Shown here piece after piece: positions 9,424 to 18,721 of a stretch of DNA of 64,000 bases. Source of the stretch: an uncultured Oscillospiraceae bacterium (lineage in GTDB: Bacteria; Bacillota; Clostridia; Oscillospirales; Ruminococcaceae); contig CAYJKW010000004.1 of the NCBI GenBank assembly GCA_964370765.1, positions 2,995 to 66,994 of the forward strand, given 5' to 3'. The notes beneath the pieces were generated by a model, which had not been told where the DNA came from, searched no databases, and saw only the letters and a list, made by a program, of their open reading frames with translations. The position numbers and the translations under genes were made by a program. How positions within the stretch are numbered: position 1 is the first letter of the stretch; each line of letters starts with the position of its first letter.

Positions 9424-10224
9424 ATGAATAATAAGCCATTCAAAATATTATTAAATAACTCTGCTTGTATATCTTCGTCAAGGTGTTGTAAGCTGCTTGA
9501 AAAAATGAATATGTTGGTAACTTTATGCGATTTAACCGGCAATGAGCTACTACACAGGCTATACGACGAGGATTATGATGCAGTAGTTACTGATGTTTTT
9601 ATTTCGGGCATTGATGCAATAAGGTTATCGCAACTTTATTTTTCAAATCGCTCCTACCCTACTAGCTTTTATGGGTTGTTACATAGTAATAATCCTAGTA
9701 TAGAAAAGGCTATTATTGCTGCAAATTTTTCCTACTATTTTGTAAACCCTAACGATGAACAGTTTGTATGTAATACAATTAGTGAGCAACTTACAGATTT
9801 TTCAGGTAATTTCTGTAGCGATATGAACAATGAGCAACTAGTAGGCTTAATGCTTAAAGATTTAAACTTTTCTGCTGAATTAGTTGGCCATACCTACCTG
9901 CGTGAGGCTGTTCTTATTTATTCTAATACAGCGGATGTATCTCCCTCTGTTACAAAGGTTATCTACCCTTTAATAGCTAAGATGTATAACACAACATGTT
10001 GCTGTGTTGAAAAAACTATACGACTATCAATCGATATTGCGTGGAAAGCCGGTAACCCAATATATCAAAAGAAATATTTCGGATATTGTAAAGATGATGC
10101 TAATGTAAAAAGGCCTACTAACTTAAAGTTCATAGCAACCATTTCAAACAATTTACTTCTACATGAAAAAGAACATTCCAGATTATTAGATATGACAATT
10201 TTTAAGCAAAATTCTTATGTATAA
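9424..10224 (+). CDS. Spo0A-like transcription regulator with degenerate (pseudo-)receiver domain
   Basis: The C-terminal half aligns by eye to the Spo0A DNA-binding domain (GHTYLREAV...TKVIYPLIAKMYNTT...VEKTIRLSIDIAWKAGN...KRPTNLKFIA). The N-terminal half is receiver-like but has NN where the DD acidic pair should be. The start was moved to the internal ATG (MNNKPFKILL); an alternative start is at 9379. Confidence 0.75.
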   Translation: MNNKPFKILLNNSACISSSRCCKLLEKMNMLVTLCDLTGNELLHRLYDEDYDAVVTDVFISGIDAIRLSQLYFSNRSYPTSFYGLLHSNNPSIEKAIIAANFSYYFVNPNDEQFVCNTISEQLTDFSGNFCSDMNNEQLVGLMLKDLNFSAELVGHTYLREAVLIYSNTADVSPSVTKVIYPLIAKMYNTTCCCVEKTIRLSIDIAWKAGNPIYQKKYFGYCKDDANVKRPTNLKFIATISNNLLLHEKEHSRLLDMTIFKQNSYV

Positions 10225-10254
10225 TCTCAACAGCTATTTTGGAGGTGCTGACTA

Positions 10255-10956
10255 TTGTTCTCTACAGGGCATATATTATCAATAATAGCATCTGCTATAA
10301 GCATATTGTTTTTTTTAACATTATTAAAAAAATACGACATCACCGTATCCACGAAAATTCTAAAAATTATTGCTATTATTCTTTTTATGCTAAACCCGCT
10401 AAACTGGGCATATGAGATTATTATATTCAAAGAAATAGACTACACTTTAAATCTTCCTTTACATCTGTGCTCTATATTTTGGGCACTGTTTCCGTTTGCA
10501 ATTTTTCTTAAAAAGAATAGTACTTTTAGGCAAATTTCACTTGCAAGCTGCGCCACAATTGGGATAATTGGCGGAATTTTAGGTTTATTATTAAATTCAC
10601 ACCTGTCATTAAATCCTTTTTTCTCTTTTCCGGTAATTAGAAGTATGATTTTTCATTACCTAATGATATTTGCAGCATTACTATTGTGGACATCTAAGAT
10701 ATATAAGCCACAAAAAAAAGATGTTTACCTGAATTTTATTCCGATTGTAATTTTAGCTTTCATCAGTATAATCGTTGAGGCAAAATACGGGTATGAGTAT
10801 TGCTATGTTAGGGATGGCGCTGGCACTCCACTAACGATTATTAGTGATATACTTCCAAGACCAATCTACATTTTAGTGGTATATTCTGCTCTATTTATGA
10901 GCATTAAATTAATATTTTATAACAAACTAATATTTAAATACACAGAGTGTCGTTAA
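10255..10956 (+). CDS. Polytopic membrane protein (YwaF/TMEM164-like, provisional)
   Basis: 233 aa with about 7 hydrophobic helices. TTG start with a GGAGGTG RBS 7 nt upstream. Confidence 0.6.
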   Translation: MFSTGHILSIIASAISILFFLTLLKKYDITVSTKILKIIAIILFMLNPLNWAYEIIIFKEIDYTLNLPLHLCSIFWALFPFAIFLKKNSTFRQISLASCATIGIIGGILGLLLNSHLSLNPFFSFPVIRSMIFHYLMIFAALLLWTSKIYKPQKKDVYLNFIPIVILAFISIIVEAKYGYEYCYVRDGAGTPLTIISDILPRPIYILVVYSALFMSIKLIFYNKLIFKYTECR

Positions 10957-10971
10957 AATTTCGGAGAATAT

Positions 10972-11595
10972 ATGGATTTTGGATTTGATGCAATGACAGC
11001 AGGAGTTAAGCCAGGCGGGCTTAATTCAAAGCATACTATAAGAGTTTTACTTTGTTACGTAATTAACTCGGTCAATAAGCCTATAACACAGGAACAATTA
11101 CATAGAGCGATCGTCGCTACAGAACTTGCAAATCTGTTTGAATTTGGGGATGCACTATCACGTTTAGAGCTGGGTAATCTTATTAATAAGGACGAAGTTG
11201 GAGGGTATACTATTACCAACGATGGCAAAACAGTTGCTGAGACACTACATACAGAAATCCCTATAACAGTTAGGGAACAAGCATATAATGCTGCAATTAA
11301 TTGTCTTGAATACTCTAAACTTTTGAAAGATTCGGTCGTAGATATTAAGAGGACACAAAATGGTGATTATGCTGTAAGTTGCAAGTTATTTGACAACGAC
11401 AATGAAATAATGTCGCTTACACTTGGTGTAGCCGAACCCGAACTAGCTGAGTATATTAAAAAGCGCATATTTAATAATAGCAAAAAACTATATAGTTGTA
11501 TGTTGGCTGCACTCACGGGAAGTCCCGGACTTTTTAAAGAGGCGGTTGAAAAATTAAATGAAGCAGATATTTTATTAGGAGATGAATATGAATAG
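10972..11595 (+). CDS. Cytoplasmic protein, DUF4364-like (provisional)
   Basis: 207-aa soluble ORF with a GGAGAA RBS. The family name comes from memory of the N-terminal pattern only. Confidence 0.5.
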   Translation: MDFGFDAMTAGVKPGGLNSKHTIRVLLCYVINSVNKPITQEQLHRAIVATELANLFEFGDALSRLELGNLINKDEVGGYTITNDGKTVAETLHTEIPITVREQAYNAAINCLEYSKLLKDSVVDIKRTQNGDYAVSCKLFDNDNEIMSLTLGVAEPELAEYIKKRIFNNSKKLYSCMLAALTGSPGLFKEAVEKLNEADILLGDEYE

Positions 11596-13441
11596 CATTG
11601 ATATTTGGGCAAAGTTACGGTACAGGTTCGATAACATAATGGCAAAGGGTGCTATTGCACTTGTTGGCGTATTGTTTTTAATTACTGCTGCCGTGATTAT
11701 AGTCGCCGGTTTTATTGCGTTTTTACTTGGGAATGGGTCAGTTTCACAAAATATATGGGCAAGTATAATGCATACCATTGACGCCGGCACAATTACCGGT
11801 ACCGAGACAGCAAATATCCCTTTCCTAATAATAATGTCTATCGTAACATTATGCGGACTTTTTGTTACAAGTATATTAATCGGTATTATTACAACAGGAT
11901 TTGAAGAAAAGCTTCAAACACTTAAAAAAGGTAATTCACGTGTAATTGAAAAAAACCACACCCTTATACTTGGTTTTAATGACAGTATCTATACCATTAT
12001 TTCTGAACTAATATTAGCAAATGAAAATCAAAAAGATGGCTGTATTGTTGTACTTGCACCGGAAGATAAAGAAACGATGGAAACAATGATTGCGGAGCAA
12101 ATCTCAGACTTTAAAACAACTCGTATTATCTGCCGAACTGGAAATATTACTGATTTTTATATGTTAAAAAAATGTTCTGTTGATAGCTGCCGTTCAATAA
12201 TAATAAACGAAAACCAAGATTTCATTACTACTAAGGCAATTCTTGCGATAAATACATATATTAACGAACTTGATGACAGTGTAAAAAAACCACATATAGT
12301 TGCAATGGTAAGTGATTCGAAAAATTTTGAAGCTGCTGAAATTGCTGGTGAAGGAAACGTTGAGTTAATTCTGGTACATGATGCTGTATCAAGAATAATT
12401 GCACAGACATGCAGACAGCCCGGCCTTTCCAATGTGCTTGTTGAGCTTTTCGATTATAGTGGCAACGAACTTTATTTTGAGAATTTTCCTGAACTATCCG
12501 GAAAAAGCTTTGGGGATGTATTGTGTTTCTTTGAATACGCTGTAGTTTTCGGGTATAAACGTAATGGTGATATACACCTTAACCCTCCTAAAGATATACT
12601 GTTAACTAAGGATGACGAACTTATTCTTATGGTTGAAGATGACGGTATGTCTAAGCCACTTGATGTCAAACCAGACACAACAGGAGTTGAAAATTTAATC
12701 TCAAAGGTAGCTGTAGAGGAAATCCCAGAAAACATCCTAATAATAGGTGTTAACAGTAAATTACTAAAAATCGTAAGTGAACTTGATGGATACTTTACTA
12801 AGGGTTCTAAGGTTTTAGTGGCAAATGATAATTTTGATCCAGAGTTTAAGGACATAAAAGACAGCCTTAAAAATATAGATATTAAATTTGTTGAGTGTGA
12901 CACCACAGATAGGGCAATACTAGATACGCTTACCGAAAGTGATGTAGATCATGTACTACTACTTAGTGACGAGGACGGTGATGCCGAGACAAGCGATGCT
13001 ATCACTCTATTAAAATTAATTCACCTACGTGATATTGCAAAAAAGGATAACAAACGCTTTAATATAACAAGTGAAATGATGAATGCAACCAACCAACGCC
13101 TTGCAAAGGTTGCCCATGTAAATGATCTTGTTATCGGCTCTAATATTGTTAACTTAATCTTAACTCAAATATCTGAAAATCGTGATCTATCAACTATATT
13201 TAAAGAGTTATTGCATTCTTACGGCTCTGAAATTTATATTAGAAGTGCTAAAAACTATGTAAAACTTAATACAGAAATTGACTTCTATCAATTAACTGAA
13301 ATTGTAGGAAAGTCTAACGAGATTGCAATCGGCTATAAAATACAAAAAGGTAATACATTTGAAATAATAAACTGCCCTCCAAAGTCACAAAAGATAACTT
13401 TTAAAGAGCAGGATTGTGTAATTGTCCTTGCAGATGATTAG
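11582..13441 (+). CDS. CASTOR/POLLUX-type ion channel with tandem RCK/TrkA-N-like domains
   Basis: There are two TM helices flanking a pore-loop-like MHTIDAGTITGTE. Two Rossmann-like blocks follow (HTLILGFNDSIY...; NILIIGVNSKLL...). The ATG overlaps the upstream gene by 14 nt. Confidence 0.7.
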   Translation: MNMNSIDIWAKLRYRFDNIMAKGAIALVGVLFLITAAVIIVAGFIAFLLGNGSVSQNIWASIMHTIDAGTITGTETANIPFLIIMSIVTLCGLFVTSILIGIITTGFEEKLQTLKKGNSRVIEKNHTLILGFNDSIYTIISELILANENQKDGCIVVLAPEDKETMETMIAEQISDFKTTRIICRTGNITDFYMLKKCSVDSCRSIIINENQDFITTKAILAINTYINELDDSVKKPHIVAMVSDSKNFEAAEIAGEGNVELILVHDAVSRIIAQTCRQPGLSNVLVELFDYSGNELYFENFPELSGKSFGDVLCFFEYAVVFGYKRNGDIHLNPPKDILLTKDDELILMVEDDGMSKPLDVKPDTTGVENLISKVAVEEIPENILIIGVNSKLLKIVSELDGYFTKGSKVLVANDNFDPEFKDIKDSLKNIDIKFVECDTTDRAILDTLTESDVDHVLLLSDEDGDAETSDAITLLKLIHLRDIAKKDNKRFNITSEMMNATNQRLAKVAHVNDLVIGSNIVNLILTQISENRDLSTIFKELLHSYGSEIYIRSAKNYVKLNTEIDFYQLTEIVGKSNEIAIGYKIQKGNTFEIINCPPKSQKITFKEQDCVIVLADD

Positions 13442-13476
13442 GCTAAATTTATAATGGTCAAGGGGATTAGGTTAAA

Positions 13477-14289
13477 CTATTCGTTGTTTTTTAAAAAATA
13501 AATTACCTCATCCCTAAACCCAACTGCTTCGTAGTATAGTCCATGTTTAATATGTTTGTATATGTGCAACATACTTCCCGGTATTCTTTGTGCAATTTCA
13601 AACGCAGAATCTTGCCCCACAACGGTGTCCTTACCGCCACCGACGATTAGTGTGGGGCATTTTATTTTTTCAACTATACCCTCTGCATCAAACTTTAGAC
13701 AAGCAGTTGCTTGAACAACAAATTTTCTTTTATTAATAAACATATTGGATAGCGATAAAGCTGGGTATAATCCCCTCATTTTTTTAAGTGTTTTTTCTTT
13801 ATATGTTTTTTCCGATATATCTATTAATACACTTTTAATGTCACCCCTGCTTGCTTGGTCTCTCCATCTACCGATAACACTTTTTGTATTTTCATTCTGT
13901 TTGCAAATTGTTACAACAAGCACTAGTTTTTCGACAAGATTAGGATAGAAAGCAGCAAGGCACTGAGAAATCATTCCACCTTGGGAAATTCCTATTACAT
14001 ACGCTTTTTCTATCCCAAGTTTATTCATGGCATCGGCCTGATCCTTTGCCATACATTCAATACTATAATCTTTTTCACAGGTGTTTTTTCTACTAAAGAT
14101 ATACACCTTAAATTCCTGTGCAAATTTATGATTCATTATTGAAAGTGGAATTGATAGTCCATGAACATTTTTTATGGAATCCCCAAGCCCAGGGATAATA
14201 ACCAGTGTTTTGGTACCACTACCAAAGGTTACGTACTCCATGTAGCTGCGTCCAATCTTTATCTTTGCGCCTCTTGCATTGTGAAACAC
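13477..14289 (-). CDS. Alpha/beta-fold serine hydrolase
   Basis: Nucleophile elbow GISQGG, IIPGLGD oxyanion region and a late His (HIKHG). GTG start with an AAAGGAG RBS 9 nt upstream. Confidence 0.8.
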   Translation of the reverse strand: MFHNARGAKIKIGRSYMEYVTFGSGTKTLVIIPGLGDSIKNVHGLSIPLSIMNHKFAQEFKVYIFSRKNTCEKDYSIECMAKDQADAMNKLGIEKAYVIGISQGGMISQCLAAFYPNLVEKLVLVVTICKQNENTKSVIGRWRDQASRGDIKSVLIDISEKTYKEKTLKKMRGLYPALSLSNMFINKRKFVVQATACLKFDAEGIVEKIKCPTLIVGGGKDTVVGQDSAFEIAQRIPGSMLHIYKHIKHGLYYEAVGFRDEVIYFLKNNE

Positions 14290-14320
14290 CTTGAATTGCT
14301 CCTTTAATTAATAATATTAT

Positions 14321-14998
14321 TTAACGATGAAATCGCTTTGCTATCTCTTTTTTAAGAGCTTTATCGGCAAAAAGAAATAGTCCTATCGTAATAATTACAC
14401 CGGTGATTACCGAAACAAACATCCCCCACACCTCGGTGTAAAAGCCAAATAAAAAAATTGGAATTGGTATAAGACTCATTGCAATTACAGCCATTATATA
14501 GCCGAAATACTCTGAAAAAAGTCGTTTGCTCCTCATTGCCAGAACTGTTAAATATACCGTAGTAGAAAGTGTTAAGAACGGGAAAACATAGTTAGTTGAC
14601 CAAAAAAGCATCCCAGTAGTGTAATCCAAAGTAAACAAAAGTAAGCTTACGAATATATAGCTTAATAATATTTTGGCACCAAAACGTTTAGTGGTGGTTT
14701 TTACAACCCAAAGCTCAACATTTGTAAATATAAGTGCTGCTGTAACAATTACAGACCACAAAATCCTTCCATCTCTATGGGTAAATATATTTATATAGAT
14801 ACATATCAACATTGCTGTTATCGACACAAATAAAGGAAGGTTACGTAAAGGGGAACGGTTTTTAAGTATATCCTCGTAAAGTGGGTATCTTATAGCGTTG
14901 TCGGTTGCATTATCATCACTGTTTATTTCGTTATGACAAAGTGGGCATTTTTTTTCGGTACCACAGATATTAACGTTACAATTGTTGCACCTATTCAT
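14321..14998 (-). CDS. Membrane protein with N-terminal CxxC...CxxC zinc ribbon (DUF6320-like, provisional)
   Basis: MNRCNNCNVNICGTEKKCPLCHN followed by about 5 TM helices. The ATG at 14998 overlaps the upstream gene stop by 8 nt (ATGAATAG). Confidence 0.6.
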   Translation of the reverse strand: MNRCNNCNVNICGTEKKCPLCHNEINSDDNATDNAIRYPLYEDILKNRSPLRNLPLFVSITAMLICIYINIFTHRDGRILWSVIVTAALIFTNVELWVVKTTTKRFGAKILLSYIFVSLLLFTLDYTTGMLFWSTNYVFPFLTLSTTVYLTVLAMRSKRLFSEYFGYIMAVIAMSLIPIPIFLFGFYTEVWGMFVSVITGVIITIGLFLFADKALKKEIAKRFHR

Positions 14999-16289
14999 CT
15001 GCTCCACCCCAGCTATTAGAATATACGGTTACATCTATACCTGCATATTTTACAATAGATGTAAAAAACTCTCTTATAATTAAGGTATCCGTTACAGCAC
15101 TTGTAAAGCTTATTACAAGCTTATCTTCAAAAGAACATACCCCACAGTTAACAATACTCCGCTGTGTTGGGTATAGCAAAAGCTCAGCATGTTTTATATA
15201 ATGGGTCGCTCCTGTTGGAAAGTCTATTTTACCAATATTTGATATCGTTATTGTCTTTTTCCTCTCTCCTATGATGTTAAAACCCACAGGAATTACTACA
15301 TTTTTTAAGACTAATGGTAGATGCTTTGAAAAAACATTGTCTGACATGCTAAGTGTTTTTTTAGATTTTTCTTCAAGTTGTTCTGCATCTAACGCCATAC
15401 TAAGCTGCTTCGTAACAGACATTAAAATATCATCAAAGGACGCTTCGCCTTTTACAGTATATCCAATATTAACCACACCGAAGAAATTTTTCATGGTGTC
15501 AGAACCAAAAACTTTGCGTAAATTCACAGGTACTGCTATAACAACAGGGCTATCATCCTTCGAAAATTGCTGTTTCACTGTGTATATACAATATATCATA
15601 TTGGCTATCAGCAATGCTGTAATTGTACAGTTATTGTCTTTACAGCATTTTTTTAGTTGTTCGATTGATATTATTCCACTTATTACCCGATGTCCACCCT
15701 CTCTAAACTTTTTGCCTTTTATTCTAAATGCAGTGTCCTGTTTTTTTTCTATTTTAGATTTTACAGTACTAGATTTTCTAAAGTTTTTTACAAAACTGTC
15801 CTCGTCATTCTTTTTACCAACCTCATCATATAGTAATATCTTACCTTCACTATCAATAGCGCCATGCTTTATCACAATATAGTAGTATACTAAGGATTTA
15901 ATAAACTCTACAATACCACTACCATCGGTGATTGCATGAAAAGCTTCCACCGAAATTCTGTTTCCAAAATATAGCACTTTAATAATATACCCCTTGTTTT
16001 CGTTAGAAATAATAGCAGAACACGGGGTACTACTCTCCTCTTCTACAGTAAAGTGTATATGATTTGTGTCAAAATAATTCCAAAAAAAGCCCTTCCTTAG
16101 CCTGCAAAAAAACATGTTATACCGTTCGTAAATCATATTTACTGCAAGTTGCAAGGTTAAGGGGTCAATTTGTTCGTTTAAAATTACTGCGACTCTGTAG
16201 ACAGATGAATTGTTTTTACTTGTTACAGATGGAAATAATTTTGCCGCAGCATCCAATCTGTTAAAATTATCCACTTTGTAATGCTCCAA
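14991..16289 (-). CDS. Condensation-domain / alcohol-acyltransferase-like HxxxD acyltransferase
   Basis: The FHAITDGSG motif (HxxxDG) sits about 120 aa from the N-terminus. At about 430 aa the size is typical of free-standing C-domain-like transferases. The start is uncertain: TTG at 16289, or GTG at 16274 with GGAG 9 nt upstream. Confidence 0.65.
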   Translation of the reverse strand: MEHYKVDNFNRLDAAAKLFPSVTSKNNSSVYRVAVILNEQIDPLTLQLAVNMIYERYNMFFCRLRKGFFWNYFDTNHIHFTVEEESSTPCSAIISNENKGYIIKVLYFGNRISVEAFHAITDGSGIVEFIKSLVYYYIVIKHGAIDSEGKILLYDEVGKKNDEDSFVKNFRKSSTVKSKIEKKQDTAFRIKGKKFREGGHRVISGIISIEQLKKCCKDNNCTITALLIANMIYCIYTVKQQFSKDDSPVVIAVPVNLRKVFGSDTMKNFFGVVNIGYTVKGEASFDDILMSVTKQLSMALDAEQLEEKSKKTLSMSDNVFSKHLPLVLKNVVIPVGFNIIGERKKTITISNIGKIDFPTGATHYIKHAELLLYPTQRSIVNCGVCSFEDKLVISFTSAVTDTLIIREFFTSIVKYAGIDVTVYSNSWGGADE

Positions 16290-16308
16290 TATATATGATA
16301 AGAGGGTA

Positions 16309-16347
16309 TGTAGGTAGTTACCTGTAACAATCAGCTAACCACCTACA
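16309..16347 (-). terminator. Long imperfect hairpin downstream of the transketolase genes (no clear U-tract)
   Basis: The arms tgtaggtagttacctg (16309-16324) and cagctaaccacctaca (16332-16347) pair over 16 positions, with one wobble and one mismatch. Confidence 0.45.
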
Positions 16348-16365
16348 GATTAAAGGTTTATTCCA

Positions 16366-17295
16366 TTATTTTACAAATTCGCTGATTTTATTCACAATGC
16401 TATCTTTATCCAGCCCATATTCTTTAAGAAGCTCGTTAGGTGATCCTGACTGTCCAAACAGGTCATTAACACCAATTTTTATCATCGTAACGTCTGGAAT
16501 CGCAGTAACTACATCTGCTACAGCATCACCTAAACCACCAATTACACTATGCTCCTCTACAGTTACTATTTTTTTACAGGAATTTGCATATTTTTCCACA
16601 CACTGTCTATCAAGTGGCTTTATAGTATGCATATTTATTACAGCTGCAGATATACCCTTTGTCGCAAGCTCTTCTGCCGCATCCATTGCGGTTTTAACCA
16701 TTAGGCCATGTGCAAATATTGCAACATCGCTACCCTCTGCCATAACATTAGCCTTACCAATTTCAAACGGCATATCACCATCAAACACATGACTTGCAGG
16801 GCGGTATAACCTTAAATATGCAGGTCCATTGTATTCTGCAAGTGCAAACACAGCCTTTTGTGCTTCATTTGCATCGCAAGGACTAATTACAACCATACCG
16901 GGGATGACTCTCATCAAGGCAATGTCCTCAATAGACTGATGACTACCGCCATCCTCACCAACTGTTAGTCCTGCATGAGTCATGCAAAGCTTTACATTTA
17001 GCTTTGGATATGCAATACTGTTACGAATCATCTCATAGGCACGTCCGGCACCAAATATTGCAAAAGTGCTACAAAAAGGAATCAAACCCATTGTAGAAAG
17101 CCCTGCAGCCATGTCTACCATGTTTGCCTCGGCTATACCGGCATTAAAAAATCTTTCAGGATATTTTTTCGAAAAACCTACGGTCATTGTTGCATGCGCA
17201 AGATCTGCATCCAGTACGACTACCTTATCATTAACGGCACCTAGTTCGCAAAGAGCATCGCCGTAACCGTTTCTTGTTGCCTTTGTATTACTCAT
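16366..17295 (-). CDS. Transketolase, C-terminal (pyrimidine-binding) subunit
   Basis: RNGYGDAL...GIAEANMV...EDGGSHQ motifs. The ATG at 17295 forms an ATGA overlap with the stop of the N-terminal subunit gene. The longer ORF-track start at 17361 is rejected. Confidence 0.93.
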   Translation of the reverse strand: MSNTKATRNGYGDALCELGAVNDKVVVLDADLAHATMTVGFSKKYPERFFNAGIAEANMVDMAAGLSTMGLIPFCSTFAIFGAGRAYEMIRNSIAYPKLNVKLCMTHAGLTVGEDGGSHQSIEDIALMRVIPGMVVISPCDANEAQKAVFALAEYNGPAYLRLYRPASHVFDGDMPFEIGKANVMAEGSDVAIFAHGLMVKTAMDAAEELATKGISAAVINMHTIKPLDRQCVEKYANSCKKIVTVEEHSVIGGLGDAVADVVTAIPDVTMIKIGVNDLFGQSGSPNELLKEYGLDKDSIVNKISEFVK

Positions 17296-18113
17296 TTTAC
17301 ACCTCCAAGCTCTGCTATTGCTTTTTCTTTTTCCTCGGCAGACGGAGCTTTTCCGTGCCAACCTGCCTCATTCTCCATAAAGGAAATTCCCTTACCTTTG
17401 ACGCTGTGAGATACAATACATTTAGGCTTACCTGTGGCAGTATTTTTGTCAAGTGCTGCAATCATCTGCTCAATGTCGTTACCGTCTTCAACCGATATTA
17501 CATCGAATCCAAACGCCTCAAACTTACCCTCGATGCTACCTAGCGACATAACCTCGCTATTAGAGCCATCGATCTGTAGTCCGTTATTATCGATAATCAC
17601 GGTAAGGTTGTCCAGCTTGTAATGTGCTGCTGCTGTGGCAGCCTCCCAGCAAAGGCCTTCTTGAAGTTCCCCGTCTCCTAGCAATGTATAGACATTCACA
17701 CCGCTTTTCTGTGCTTTTGCACCAAGCGCCATACCTACAGCAATAGACACACCCTGTCCAAGTGATCCGGTTGATACATCTACACCCGGTAGCTTTTTGG
17801 AATCGGGATGCCCCTGTAATGGGCTATGTAGCTTACGAAGTGTTGGGTATAGTTCATCCTTATTAAAGTATCCCTTCTCCCCTAGTACAGAGTATAAAAG
17901 AGGTGCAGCGTGCCCCTTACTTAGTACAAATCTATCACGATTTTCGTCCTTAGGGTTTTGGGGGTCTACATTCATTTTATAAAAATATAGTGCCACTAAC
18001 GCCTCAACACCGGACAAAGAGCCGCCCGGATGACCACTTTTAGCCTCGGAAACCATCTGAATGATTCCTTTTCTGACCTCTGTACAGGTTGCTTTTAGTT
18101 GATTTATCTCCAT
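17292..18113 (-). CDS. Transketolase, N-terminal (TPP-binding) subunit
   Basis: SGHPGGSLS, LSKGHAAP and GDGELQEG thiamine-diphosphate motifs. 273 aa. Confidence 0.93.
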   Translation of the reverse strand: MEINQLKATCTEVRKGIIQMVSEAKSGHPGGSLSGVEALVALYFYKMNVDPQNPKDENRDRFVLSKGHAAPLLYSVLGEKGYFNKDELYPTLRKLHSPLQGHPDSKKLPGVDVSTGSLGQGVSIAVGMALGAKAQKSGVNVYTLLGDGELQEGLCWEAATAAAHYKLDNLTVIIDNNGLQIDGSNSEVMSLGSIEGKFEAFGFDVISVEDGNDIEQMIAALDKNTATGKPKCIVSHSVKGKGISFMENEAGWHGKAPSAEEKEKAIAELGGVK

Positions 18114-18132
18114 TTATTACCTCCTTGATTTA

Positions 18133-18720
18133 TTAATTTCTTACCGATGATGTACCATGCTCTAACAGGTAGGTTGCCTTAAGATCTGCAATATGAAGTT
18201 TAACTGCTATAGGATATTGATCATATGCAGCGCTTATTGAGTAACTCCCACCTTTTACCGATTCATCATAGCCTCCCATATGCCACCTTATCGCCATTGC
18301 TTCTGATGGGCTTAGTTTCATAAATCGTTCAATCAGATAGACACTTTTTTCACCATGACCATAGGGGAACTCATCCTCGATAAAGTAATACGGAACCTTT
18401 TCCCAAGCACCGGTCTGTTCATTCTTAACATTTCTTGTACTAACTTTATAAAAGTTCACCTTGCATAGATCGTGAAGTAGCCCGCATATTGCTATACTCT
18501 CGTCACTCTCTGTTTCCTTTAACTCTTGCATACAGTTATAGACATTAATGCTATGCATTACAAGACCACATTCACACGCACCATGATAGCGGGTAGATGC
18601 TGGTGCTGTAAAGTAATCAGTTTTACAAAGCCAATCTAAAAGTTCGGCTGATCCTTTTCTGCTAATTTTATCAGTATATATTTTAGTAAACTCTTCTATG
18701 TACCTTTGCTTTTCGTCCAT
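18133..18720 (-). CDS. HD-domain metal-dependent phosphohydrolase
   Basis: H...HD signature (RYHGA ... GLLHDLCK). 195 aa. Confidence 0.8.
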   Translation of the reverse strand: MDEKQRYIEEFTKIYTDKISRKGSAELLDWLCKTDYFTAPASTRYHGACECGLVMHSINVYNCMQELKETESDESIAICGLLHDLCKVNFYKVSTRNVKNEQTGAWEKVPYYFIEDEFPYGHGEKSVYLIERFMKLSPSEAMAIRWHMGGYDESVKGGSYSISAAYDQYPIAVKLHIADLKATYLLEHGTSSVRN

Positions 18721-18721
18721 A

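Noticed and set aside
17296-17361. Upstream extension (MARKSSVCRGKRK...) of the transketolase C-terminal subunit ORF.
   Set aside because: It overlaps the 3' end of the N-terminal subunit gene in another frame. The ATGA-coupled ATG at 17295 gives the conserved MSNTKATRNGYG start.
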